A stretch of DNA of 64,000 bases from Camelus ferus. Taxonomy: Eukaryota. The notes under the pieces are model-generated. The model did no database searches. It was not told the DNA's origin and saw only the letters and a program-made list of their open reading frames with translations. Location of the stretch: contig NC_045696.1 in NCBI RefSeq assembly GCF_009834535.1, positions 11,720,001 to 11,784,000 of the forward strand, written 5' to 3'. Of the stretch, positions 52,116 through 64,000 are shown piece after piece. Positions within the stretch are counted from its first letter, which is position 1; the number at the start of each line of letters is the position of its first letter. Position numbers and translations under genes: made by a program.

Positions 52116-54214
52116 GGAGATTTTTTCCCCCAAAAAAGAATGTTTGTAGAAGTACCTAGCAGAGTACCAAGCATGAAGATAATTTCTTTTCCTGTTTAAA
52201 ATTAATATTTGTTTAAAAAAAAGAAAGCTAAAGCTTAAAAAACTTTTTGTGTCATCAAATCTCTCATTTCCTTACAATTCCTTCTGTTGTTCATATTCTT
52301 AGACCCTCGGGAGTCATCCAGAGGTCACCTAGGTTTTCTCTGTTTGAAGAAGCTTCATCTTTCAGGAATTAATTTTGATACATGAGGTGAGGTATCAATG
52401 TTTACACCCCTCCCCACCCGGTATAGCCGTTTTCCTTGCAGCACATCCTCGTTCAGAACCCCTTTCCAACTACTTGTGACCACGTGTGGCCAGCGACCGG
52501 ACTGGATGGCACAGGTCTCATATTTCAGACCTTTATTCTCATGTCCCTGAGTATTTGTCTGAGTGACTTGCAAGCGCCACGCAGAGAGGATATTTTTAGC
52601 TGCTGCTGACAAATCAAAGCTCTAGGCAGTGACCGTCCAGCTCGCTGCTGCCGCAGCCCCGTCCCTTGCCATGACATCAGCTGATTTCCTTTAAGGTGCT
52701 GGAGCACTTCTTTTAGCATCCCACTCGAGGGCTGAGATTTAAGGGCCTGTCTTGGTTCCATCCTTAGTTTTGAATTCATGTAACCCATGGCAACAGTGAG
52801 GCTCCTGGAGCTGACTGCTGTGTTCAGTTTCCACCAGGCTGAATTGAGAAGTGGAAAGGAACAGTTGGCCACAGCGTGCGAAGTGGCAGCAGGGCCGCAG
52901 GGGGACAATGCTTTGGCCAACTTGATGGCCTGTTGGCCATGCGCCCGCTGAGAGGCTTGTGACTCCTTCTCGAAGCTTTCATTAGTGGGATGAAGTCCTG
53001 AGAGCAAAGTTAGTGAGGCCAGGATTCTGGCCCCATGAGTCACCTGTTTGCATATGGATAGACAATGTTTTCTGTCACAGCCGAAGTCACCCACCTGGGT
53101 CAATCTCTCAAAACCGTGCGCTTATGATTATGCCCAGGGGAAGGTTTGAACACTGCGTTTGAGTACAGGGCCACTACCTCCCTCCAAGAGGTCCCATTTC
53201 CACTGCATTTTATAGAGGTTAGTGCCCCATGGACTGTGTATCTTCTCGGAATATAATGAGGAAGGTGCCCCACCCCCATTTGTACAGCCTGCACCCCTAT
53301 TTGAGGAGGCAATTTGGGAAAGGTGTCAAGAGATCTGGTTCTGATCCCGGCTCCTGTCATTGACTAGCCTTGGGACTTCTCTCTGAGGCCATTTTCTCAT
53401 CATGAAGGGTGATTTGACTGGTTGATTTGTATTTTGCGGGCTTCTTCCAGCTCCCATTCTCCATGTTTGTGTTTTGGGGAGTAAATGACCACCCCTGGGG
53501 AAACAGTGGAAAAGAAAATGAACTGGCAGTTAGCATCATCTTCCTGTCCCTCCTTACAGACACCAACCCTGTGCCTCCATGATTAAGCCCACATCTCTTT
53601 GAACATCGGTAAGATCCTTCACCATCTCCAAACTTGTGCCCCACTTCTCCACCTCCTCATCCTGTGCTCTAATTTTAACATCTCCTCAAGGTCTCAGTAC
53701 CACCCACTCTATGTCTTTCCTCCAGCTCTTTCCTCTTTGTGGAATCCCCTCTCCCCCTCCTGATTAGGGAAACCCTAGTACAGAGAAAGCTTTGATGTTG
53801 CCTCCTCCGGGGAGTCCTCTCTGACGCACTCTGGCTGAATCAGGGCTCCTGAGACACATGACTTGAACATGATTCACTCCATTCCTGAGGGTGGCCAGGC
53901 GGAATGTGTTCTGTTCCCAGGCTTCCTAGCACAACCCCTGCCCATAGTGAAGCTCCTGTGAATTCCAAGTTTTCTGTATCAACTCTGCACACCTTTGTAT
54001 TAAACAGAAAAAAAAGAGTAAGAATAACTAAACAAATGCTACGACTCAGTGTAGATTATACTCAGCAATGAACATCTGAATGCCCAATCTCAACAGCTCT
54101 TTGCGTTTTGGGGCCAGAGCACAGAAAATATGCTACAAGCTGCCTGGTCCTTCACCTTAATCGCTCACTCTATCAGTTTGTTTAAGCAAAAGGAGAATGC
54201 TAAAATTTCTTTTG

Positions 54215-54369
54215 GGGTTGGGGAGGAAGGTATAGCTCGAGTGGTACAAGCGCACGCTTACCATGCACGAGGTCCTGGACTCAATCCCCTGTACTCTGTA
54301 CTCCATTTAGAAAAAAAAAAAACTAATAAAAAATAGACTTAATGACCTCCCCCCCAATAAAAAATAAAA
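54215..54369 (+). mobile_element. Camelid SINE
   Basis: Exact 14-bp TSD TAAAATTTCTTTTG at 54201-54214 and 54370-54383. Confidence 0.9.
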
Positions 54370-54463
54370 TAAAATTTCTTTTGAATTTACACTTTTGAAC
54401 ATGGATAAAACCTCCCCCTCTTATATAAAAATAACATATCAGATTAGTTAGGGGTCTTAGAAA

Positions 54464-54666
54464 TAGGGCTGCCACATAAAATGCAAGCCAATCAGTGAAA
54501 TCAGAATTTCAGATAAATGACAAATGAATTTTTTAGTATAATTATGTCCCAGTGTATAAGGTCCTCATCACAGGATATGCTCACATTAAAAACTAATTTA
54601 TTGTTCATCTGAAATTCAGATGTAACTGGTGTCCTCTGTTTTTATTTGCTAAACCTGGCCACCCTA
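54464..54666. mobile_element. MER53-like hAT MITE
   Basis: Inverted termini TAGGGCTGCCA/TGGCCACCCTA; exact 8-bp TSD CTTAGAAA. Confidence 0.85.
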
Positions 54667-56899
54667 CTTAGAAATCATCTGCCCTAAGTCCCCTCCAGCA
54701 CGGGACCCCCTTTGACACCATCACTGACCTGTGACCATCTTGCCTTTCTTAAATCATCCTATGAGCCAGTCCATTTAATTTGAGACAATTTTCATTGTCA
54801 GAAAGTGCTTTGTTATAGTGAGGCAAATTCTGATTTCTGTATTTTTCATCTTGTGTTCTTCTAGTCTTGAAAAATGCCTACCACTCTTTAACAATTTTAA
54901 AAACCATGTATTTTGTTGACAACGAAGTTTACACTGAAAACAGCATTTTGCTGTTCCATCCCTTCTCAGTCCTGAATGTTACTTTCTAAACTTGTCATTC
55001 TTTCTTCTGGTAGAGGATTAATACTGCTATTTATTTTTTCATTATTATTTAATTATTTTTATACAATTTTACTATGAAAAAATTAAAAAAAAACAGGGAG
55101 GACATGATAATAAGTCACACATACCCATCACCCTGTTTCAATCATGATCAGCTCGTAAACAATCTTGTTTCATTAGACTCTCATACCCTGCCCCTCCCCT
55201 TTCTCCCCCTACTGGTTCCAAGACATCATGTCATTTCATCTATAAATGCTTCAAATACAGCTACTTCTTTATTCAGCACTTTGGTCCTTGTCTGTTGGGT
55301 CTATCTTAGTCCTTTATGGCTGCTATAACAAAATAGCACAGACTGGGTGGATTATAAACAACAGAAATTTATTTCTCAAAATTCTGGAAGCTGGGAAGTC
55401 CAAGATCAAGGCACCAGAAGATTCAGAAGCACTGCTTGGTTCATAGACAGCTTCCTAAAACGGCTCATGGCAGGAGGGCTACGGGAGCTCTCTGAGTTCT
55501 CTTATATAAGGGTTCTAATCCTACTCATGAAGGCTCCACCCTCATAACCCAATCACCTTCCAATACCATCCCAATGGGACTAGGATGTCAGCATATGAAT
55601 GTGGAGAGGGACACAAACATTCGGTCTATAGCAGAGTCCTAATGTATAAGCAGATCATTTGGCACCTTGAAGTGTCCGTTGTCCCTCATTTACTTCCTCT
55701 CATCCTCCCGAACACATATGATACTTTTTCAGGTAAACCAACGTGTCAGAGTTACTTATTATGATTAAATGGAATATCAGCCATTGGTGAGCCAGCTGGT
55801 ATATATATACCATGGCTCCGTTTCCTTGTACACATTTTTTGCTCTTCCTGGAGTTGGTAAGCACTTCTTTTTTCCTAATAATCCCCCAATATCCGTCCTT
55901 CCCTTCTTCCTTGTCACAATAGAAGTCGCCCACCCAGTGTGCCAGTTTGTGACATGGCACCCAGAGAAACAGAACTGATAGGAACTAGTTGGATGGGTAC
56001 ACAGAGAGAGGGAGAGGGAGAGAGACTCAAGATGCAATCCCAGGAGCCAGAGGACAATGAAGAAATACCTTTAGAGATCTGCAGGAGAATTATTATTGAC
56101 CCAACAATCTACATATGGTCAAACTGTACAAACTGGTTCACATTCTTTTTTTTTTTGGTATATTGACTTCTGTCTCTCAACATCTCTCTTGTCTCTCTCT
56201 GTCTCTATCTCTCCCTCTCCCTCTCTTCCTTTGGGATCTAGCTTTGTCTGCAGCATTCTAGAATGCCATAGTGACATGCCTTGGGGCTTTTTCCTCTTCC
56301 TGCTGGAATCAGGAAACTCACATCTCTCAATTATGGAGCATTTTCTTGAATTATTTCTATAATAATTTCCTCTCTGGTTTCTCATTTCTTTCTACAATTT
56401 ACCTACGATTTGGATGGTTACACCTCATGTCCTTATCCTTTAAATTTTAAAGTCTTATCTCTTCTATTTTATTTGCTTTGTTTTTTTGGGGGGGGGGTGT
56501 GATTTCCTCAGTTTTATCTCCCCACCCATTGGTTAAATTTTTATTTCAGCTAGAAAATACTTTTAACAGTATGTTATTCTTGTCCTGGAGATACAGTATT
56601 GTCGTCTGAGATATTGTCCAATGAATTATGGGTTAAAATTTTTGTTATGTTATTCTCTGGATTACTTCTGCCTCCGTCAGAACAAACTTCTGTTTGGTCT
56701 TGGTCTTTGCTTTCATATTTGACAATAGCTAGCTGTGATCGCATGGCAGTTCTGGCCAGGGAGCTGGAGGGAGGTTGGCTAAGAACTCCTGAGAAAGCCT
56801 TTTCTTTCTTGATGAGAGGGCGATACGGCTTGCTTACCTCTTCCTCCCATCTTCCTGCTCCTGGTTTAAATGTAATACCTAAAGCCAGAGAAGCCATAA

Positions 56900-57354
56900 G
56901 GTGGTGGTTCTCAAAATGTGGTTTGGGATCTGCGAAGATCCGAGGAACTGTCAGGGGTCAAACTGTTTTAATGATAATAGTAAGACATGATTTCCCTCGT
57001 CCTCCTTCTCTCATGAGTGTGCAGTGGAGTTTCCCAGGGGCTGCTGACCTGCAATGCCGTTTTCATTCTGACAACCAGTGAATGTGTATTTATGTGTCCT
57101 TGGGTTTTCACATTTGCTCAGTCCTAGTTTCTCATGAAACAGATATCAATAGGTATAACTCATATGAACAAAAGCGCTGTAGGGTCCTCAATCATTTTCT
57201 TTTGAGTGTCTATATTTATTCACTTATTTATTTTGCATATATATATATATTTTATTGAAGTATAGTCAGTTTACAGTATTGTGTCAACCTCTGGTGTACT
57301 CAATCATTTTTAAAAGTCTCGAGGGGTGCAGAGACCAAAGAGATTGAAAACCAT
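56900..57354. mobile_element. hAT-Charlie relic with a very short nested L1 tail (about 57200-57298)
   Basis: GTGGTTCTCAAA ... TTGAAAACCATG termini; CTCAATCATTTT duplicated around the L1 piece. Confidence 0.6.
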
Positions 57355-57549
57355 GAAAAAAAAAAAGCTCCCTGACATGGCTAACGAGTTGAACTTATGG
57401 CAGCCTTCCACTACGCCCTGTTTTGTTGTTGTTTGTTGTTTTTATGTTAGAATAAGCCCATATTTATTTAAGCTGCTGTTGGTTGGATTCTCTTACCTAC
57501 AACCAAATATATCTTAACCAAGAAAAGTCAGGAAACCCACCATTCTGTT

Positions 57550-59170
57550 TGTTTGCTGAAAACATCAAATACTGGTACCTACGGGTCTTTTCTCTGGGGC
57601 ATTTTGGTTTCTCCAAAAAGTCGCATCAGGCTCTTGCCTAGAGTTTGAGTAGGAGGCTGGGAACTGGGAGTCTCGCCAACTGGTTTGTGAACTTCCACTG
57701 AGTGACTCTGGCGCCACCACCCCACTCCCCCACCAGCACCTCTGACCTGGGGCTTCTTCAGGCTTCTGGTCTCCGTCAGGGCAAGGCTGGTGGCCACCAT
57801 ATCATGTAAAATGAGGCTGGGACACCAGGGCCTCCCTGCTCCTTATGCTGTCTTCAATAATCTTTCCCTTCCCTTCTTTCTGTCCCACCGCATCTCACTC
57901 CCACCTTCTCTGCTTCCTGTGCCTGACCTCATGAAACTTTTCCAGGTTCTGGGGAATACAGTACTTATTTCTGCCTGGCCTCCCCGTCTGCAGGCATGTT
58001 CTCAGCTCTTACAGCTTCTCCATCTACTTCCCATTTTAAAATATTTTGTGACGTACCTTGTCTGCTGTTGCGTACTCTCATTGTCTTTAACCTTTGTACC
58101 GTGTCTAGTATGAAACTGCCAGACTTCATTTTTCTGACTTAAGTAAGCAAAGCCTCCCAAGAGGTGACTTAACAACTGTCGAACAAATGAAACTTCTAAT
58201 AGTGAATTCCCTTAAAGAGACCAATCAGTTATCAAATTAATCAATTGCCCCTCATTCATTTTAATTAGGTCTTTGAGAAAAAGAAAGATAAAATGTTCAA
58301 TCTACCATGTTTTATCAGAGCCCTTCTAAGGTTGCAACCGTCACACATCTGAAGACAGCTTCGCCTGAGTCTCCTCCATCCTTCTCTAGCTCCACGTGTC
58401 TGCTTCCTTGAGTGGCTCTCCGTGGCACGTGGTTATTACAGCCTCATCAGTGGTGTCACCTGCGGGGCACTCTTCAGATGAACTCCTCAGGATTCCTGTT
58501 TCATAAATATCCTGCCCAGATCTGCACCCAGTCCTCCAGAGTGATGAGGAAGTTTTTAGATGTCCTTGAGATGGGCATCTTGGACACAGAGAAGACAGCA
58601 TTTCAAATTTCAAATTAAGGTTCCACTTGTAAAATTTGCAACAGTCTTAGAGGTGGTAGCTTTCCATAAGCCTTTCAGATTAGCTGACAAATATTATTTC
58701 CACTTATAAATCTAGTAAATTTTAACAGCCGCTTTCAAAGGGCCTCATGTGTATTTATCAACTCCAACTGAGCAAACATAGGTACCTTAAACAGTCAGTC
58801 CCGTTCATGAATTCAGTGAGTTAAATTCCCTTAAGCAATTCAAACTGAATTTATGACGTGACTAGATTTGATTTTCTAAACTAGAAAGCAAAACCTCCCC
58901 AGGTGTCTCAAAAATCGAATAAATCAAACTTTTTAGTAGTGAATTTCCTTAGAAACTAATATGCTTTGCCAGCTTAACCCAGTTCTTTAATAACTTTCCA
59001 CTCAAAATCACAAATGTAAAATCAATGACCAAAGTATGCATCCTCACTTGGAATCACAGGCTATTCTATTATATACCCTAACATGCAAATACCCTTAAAT
59101 ATCTCAAACCTTTGAATGCTTAATGTATACAGATCATCTTAATGAATACAAACCCTTCCTTCTCCTGACC
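57550..59170 (+). pseudogene. LRR fossil segment (longest transposon-free island, about 1.6 kb)
   Basis: ORF 57790: ISLPPSLLPVPDLMKLFQVLGNTVLISAWPPRLQACSQLLQLLHL. From 58820: VKFP*AIQTEFMT*LDLIF*TRKQNLPRCLKNRINQ. From 58941: EFP*KLICFASLTQFFNNFPLKITNVKSMTKVCILTWNHRLFYYIP*HANTLKYLKPLNA*CIQI. Confidence 0.85.
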
Positions 59171-61344
59171 TTAATAAATATGTATGATCATTAATGATGT
59201 GATTTATTTCATGTCTATATTTAATTAGAAATTTTTCTAGGAGTGGAATTGCCAGTGATAGGGTGTGTGCATGACCCAGTAATTTCACCCCTTGTTATAA
59301 ACATAACAGTAATGTACGCATATGCCCACCAAAAGCCACGACCTGGAAGCTCAGAGTGGTATTATCCGTAACAGCCCTCGACTGGAAACTGCACAAATGC
59401 CCATCGACAGTGGATAAGTAATTCGTGGCGTGTTCACCCCACGGAATCCTACCCAGCAGTGAGGTGAGTGCTCTACCACCACACATGGTATGGATGCCTC
59501 CCATGCGAGGACCTACTGCATGATTCCATTTATATCGGGGGTGGGGGGGAACAAACCTGTGCCGTCCCAAGTTAGGACAGAAGTTGCCCTGGGGGAGAGG
59601 TAGTGATGAGAATGGAGTGTGACGGGGCTTCTGTCCTGCTTCTGTTCTGTTTCTGAATCTAGGTTCTGGTTCCACGGGCTTGCTCATCTTGTGAAAATTC
59701 TTCAAACCCTACATTTAAATATGTGCATGTTTCTGCATGTAGGTTATACTTTAGTAAATAGTGTTTTTGGTTTTTTTTTTTAACTTGGGCTGAAGGGAGT
59801 ATTTTCATCATCCCGAGGAAATTAGGTTACCTGCTTAAGGGCAATAATGTTTCATGTCAGACAGATTTTTACTGAGACAGGGGGCCAGACTGCACGCATT
59901 CTGGGCAAGTCTTCTCAAATGTCAGGAGAATTCACTGAACCCTTTCAGTTGCCATCATAGCAAGGGGGCCTCGACCCCATGCCCTCAGTGTAACTGGATC
60001 ACGTCGGTGTCCTGGGTCTCAGTCACTCCACTCTGATTCTCGTCCTGCCCTGGGTGACTCCCAGCCTCCGTTCCTGCCCTTTTCTGCTCAGTTGCCTTTC
60101 TTGTAGCTCATGGTATCTTGATGTCTTGCCATCTGGCCTTTCCATTCCATCAACTCTTTTACATTCTTAGGTGATTCTCTCTCGACCTTTTTTTTATTTT
60201 ATCACCTGCTTTGGCTGGTTGGGATCCTGTGATATGGTGACTCATCATTGTAGGCCCTGGCTACGTTCTGGATTCTTTCTTGGCCTTCCTGCCCTGCAAG
60301 GCCACAGCTCACCCGGCTGGAGTCTGTCTTTTTCTCTTGTGCTTGTCTGTTTTCCTATCACTTGAGTCACACTGACGACACGGACATGGCCCGATGGGAG
60401 GAGAGTGCACATTTTTCTTCCCTTGCTTGATTGAACTTTATTCAAGTAACCGCGCTTACTCTGGTTAGGGTTGGGGGGTGGTGTGCCGAGTCATGCTGCT
60501 GATCCCGTTGGCACAGACTCTAGGCCTCCCGCCCACCCCACACAGATCAGCTCTCTCTGTGCACTTAGTATTCTGAACCTGTGGGCCAGGCTTTCCATTT
60601 ATCCCAATCACCTTTCAAATGTTAGATTCTATCCATTATTCCAGCCTGTCAAGATATTTTCCAATCTTAATTCAATCGCCCAGGATTGCGTTTATCCCTC
60701 CAAGCTCCTAATAAGTCTCCACCTCCGCATTCAGTGATGACAATGCGGACAGAGAGGACGTGCGCTGTGCGTGGTGCTGACCGCGGCTGCTCTGTCCAGA
60801 TAAAGAAAGAACAGAGGATGGAGGGCAGCCCAATCAAGGATTGGGTATTTCAAGGATAAACTCTCGGATCCTTTTTTCTTACACCTCTGGCTTCCAATTC
60901 AATAACTCAATTCCTTGGAGCTGCTCCCCAAAGTCTGAGGACCAGAGATGGGGGTGTAAGGGGAAGTTTCAAATGTAGGTTCCTGAGAGAGCCCGGAGAG
61001 AGTCAACATGGAAGAGGTGGCTTTCTGGCTACTTTCTGGGGACTCCTTTTTCTACCCCCGAAGTCCACAGCAGAGATACCAGAATGGTGGGCTTTCCTGA
61101 CTGCGTTAGAGAGTGTGCAGAAACCAGCCACCCACTGGCCAAATGGGGAAACTAAGGTGCAGCAGACTTAAGTTCCTGGTCTGGTCCTGGATGATGGAGC
61201 CAAGACGGGACACCCAGTCCCTTTGCTCCTCACTGGACCATCTCAGTCAGGTGACCACAGCCTATGCCTGCCCGCAGTGTGCCTCCAGAGTTTGGGGGGA
61301 TGGAAACAGTTTCTTTTTTGGGGGTACTTAAAATTTTTTTTAAA

Positions 61345-61755
61345 TTTTTATTACTTATCTTTTTAATGAGATATAGTTGATGTAATATTACATAAGTTTT
61401 AGGGGTGCAACATAGTGATTCACTACTTTTAAAGGCTATGCTCCATTTATAGTTATTATAAAATATTGGCTATATTCCCTCTGTTGTAATACAAATCCTT
61501 GTTGCTTATCTATTTTATACATAGTAATTTGTATGCCTTTTTTTAGGTTTATTCATTTATTTATATTTGGAGGAGGCACTGGGGATTGAAGCAGGACCTC
61601 CTGCAGGCTAAGCATGCGCTCTACCACTCGAGCTGTACCCTCCCCCCATAATTTGTACTTAATAATCCCCTACTCCCCTTCGCTTCCCCCCTGGTAACCA
61701 CTAATTTGTTCTCCTTAGCTGTGAGTCTTTTTCTTTTCTGTTATATTCACTAGTC
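61345..61755 (-). mobile_element. L1 3' end with nested camelid SINE (about 61538-61647, minus)
   Basis: L1 tail motifs; SINE flanked by TAATTTGTA repeats. Confidence 0.8.
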
Positions 61756-62055
61756 TGAAAAACATTAGTTTCTTATTAAAATATGCAAGCACAGATTATG
61801 GCACAGAAAGCAAAAACCACTTGGATTTTAAAGACGAAACAAGAGGGTCAAAGAAATGTGCATTTACTAGTTACTTGGACCGTGGGTGCTAGATTTCCTC
61901 CAACAGTACAAAAATAAGTTATTTAACCTCATGGAACAATTTTAAAACAGAGAAATAGGACTTCAGATAGACTTAATGACTGTAACAGCACTGCTTGTAG
62001 AGATACATGAATGGGAAGTGTCTGTGGGGAGGAGGAACCATCATTTTTTCCTTCA

Positions 62056-62098
<43 letters not shown>
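62056..62098. repeat. (TTG)n microsatellite
   Basis: Perfect TGT/TTG run seen directly. Confidence 0.95.
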
Positions 62099-64000
62099 AG
62101 CTATTTGTAGAGTGTAGCCAGTGCACAGAGCATGAAAGAAAATGTTTTCTTCCAGCTAAGAACCTTTGTCAGTTTACTGGTATCTCACGTCGCCCTTGCT
62201 GAGACATTCAGGTTCATTTATTTAGCTTTAAGAGGACATCAGTCAGTCCTTGCAAAATGCCAAGGAAAGCAGAAGGACTGCATGGCTGAGGCTCATTTCT
62301 CCTGGCTGTGGACTGACTTTATTTTGCATAATTAATGGTGAATAACTCAGACAGCATCCCTTTGTAGGCATGAATTTCCAACCCAAGAACATCTTTCAGC
62401 TCTGAGCATTGTTGAACTGAATGTTGCTATGAAACTGTGGCTATTTATTCCTCCACGATGTTTTCCTAAAGAACTGTGATGGGGCTCTGGTAACAGAGCT
62501 TATTTTTTCATAGCTACACAATCATTTTTATTCTCTCTTCTTTAAAAGAAGAAGAAGGAAAAATACCCCCACCATTTTATAACATTTCCCGTGAACACAT
62601 TAGAATGTTAGACGGGTGATGCACGCCAGAAGTCTTGGCAGCGTAGGAGCCCTTTCCACTGTTTAATCTGTTTTAGTCTGATGTGGTAGAAAGTAGATTT
62701 GCCTTGAAGACCCAGAGACCATCAAGATTTCACTGAATGCTCCAGTTGTGTGATAAAGGGTTAACCCCCCCCCCGCCTTAAACTCTTGGAAACTTCTTGG
62801 AAGAATAGATGCAGATACATGGTTTTAGAGTAAATATGTTAACAATATCATCTTCAGCCAATACCTTGGTGCATGTCTATTTCACAACAGAGATGTGTAT
62901 AGGGAACTTCTCTTGGTTTTGCTTGCCTGTGATCCATTCCTTCTTTTTCAACTGAAATAATTCAGTTTTCCTTGGGGACCCACGCTTCTCCAGAGGTGAC
63001 AGTCAAAACAACTAGAATGGTGTGGGTACTACCATGCCTGACCAATCAGGATCCATGTTGACTGTAACAGCCCCTGAGCCCAGCCTTCCTCAATGGATAC
63101 ACTTTCAGTGAGTCTTGAAATCAAGATGCCCTGCCCTTCCTTCTCCAGGAGCCAGGCATGAACCGAGAGAGGCTACATGGAGTCTCTGTCCTGAGAATTT
63201 GCATGTTGATCAGTGACATGGGCAGGGCTGGGAACAGTTGGCACACATGTGTCCTGAAGATGTTACCCTGGAAACATCAGTTTTCCTAAGCTTTTTCTTT
63301 GATTCTATAACCTACCACCATGTCCATCCAATTTTTTTTTTTTTTTTTTGCTTATATTTCCCGGAATTCATTTCTGTTGCTTGCAACCAAGGAACTCTAA
63401 GATAGTTCAGAAAATAAACTAGTAAAACAAATTTTCTGTAATGGAAGGAATCCTGTTTCTCTGGGTAATTGTATTGTAAAATTGTAGAAATAATTCTGTG
63501 GAAGAAGTAAAAGCCTTTATAAGAATACATAGGAAATACAATGAAAATGAAGTTAAGGAAAGCTGAGTTTGGGGTAAAACACTCAGTTTACTTACTGGTG
63601 TGACAAAGGACTTGAAACATGGACAGTAGAGTTGCTAAGCTTTCTGTGGGTTGCTGTCCCGACGGGGGTTGTTGTTGTTGTTATTGTTGTTTTAATTTCT
63701 TTAAAATAGCTTCCTACTTGGAGAATTCCCCTTTGACCTTAAGTCAGTAGATTAAATCCTCCAGAACATGGTTCTTGAACTACAATGCACATATAAATCG
63801 CCTGGAGGGTCTTATTAAAATGTAGCCTGATTCTACATTTCCATCAAGCTCCCAGTGATGACAATCAATCCTGCTGGCCATAGGACCGCAATTTGAACAG
63901 CGAGGCTCCAGGTCAGAAGATTTCGCTCCAGCCCAGATTTCTCAGATTCCCTGTTTAGGGGTTCCAGACTCTTTTCGTCTGTGTAGAGCACAGGTGTCAT

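Larger units (their letters stand above)
52300..55800 (+). pseudogene. LRR fossil segments
   Basis: From 52338: LCLKKLHLSGINFDT*. From 52904: DNALANL, then a frameshift to DGLLAMRPLRGL*L. From 53071: SVTAEVTHLGQSLKTVRL. From 54882: HSLTILKTMYFVDNEVYTENSILLFHPFSVLNVTF*. Confidence 0.85.
1886..64000 (+). pseudogene. Fossil giant leucine-rich-repeat gene (23-aa intracellular SHOC2/LAP/LRRD1-like LRR class), fragmented by transposons; runs off the right edge
   Basis: Hand translation of more than 35 separate non-repeat islands gives LRR-consensus peptides on the + strand, with many stops and frameshifts (segments listed below). No database search was run. Confidence 0.85.
59780..64000 (+). pseudogene. 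LRR fossil segments to window end
   Basis: ORF 60471: HPTQISSLCALSILNLW. From 60887: LASNSITQF. From 62146: FLPAKNLCQFTGIS. From 62408: IVELNVAMKLWLFIPPRCFPKEL*. From 63934: QISQIPCLGVPDSFRLC. Confidence 0.8.

Noticed and set aside
52525..53103. Longest ORF (192 aa, minus) with an AATAAA near its end
   Set aside because: No recognisable domain and no ATG start; it is antisense to clear + strand LRR relics.
56599..57081. 160-aa plus-strand ORF
   Set aside because: Runs across L1-like, LTR-like and Charlie relics; a chance ORF.
58386..58613. Possible minus-strand terminal exon with an acceptor-like site near 58579
   Set aside because: No partner exons and no recognisable protein; the + strand here reads as LRR (FHKYPAQICT).

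Overview
Mammalian genomic DNA, most likely a camelid (about ten copies of a tRNA-derived SINE matching the camelid Vic-1 type). I found no intact protein-coding gene, RNA gene or CRISPR array. Roughly two thirds of the window is interspersed repeat: L1, L2, MIR, MaLR/ERVL LTRs, lineage-specific ERV1-type solo LTRs (several nested) and DNA transposon relics. The main observation concerns the remaining third. Nearly every non-repeat island from about 1.9 kb to the window end translates on the + strand into decayed, stop- and frameshift-ridden 23-residue intracellular-type leucine-rich repeats (LxxLxLxxNxLxxLPxxIxxLxx). By hand tally these islands total roughly 20 kb. They look like the fossil of one giant, possibly single-exon LRR gene (or a tight tandem array of LRR genes) that was inactivated long ago and then fragmented by transposons. 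All repeat family names are from recall, not from a database search, and boundaries without a target-site duplication (TSD) are approximate.
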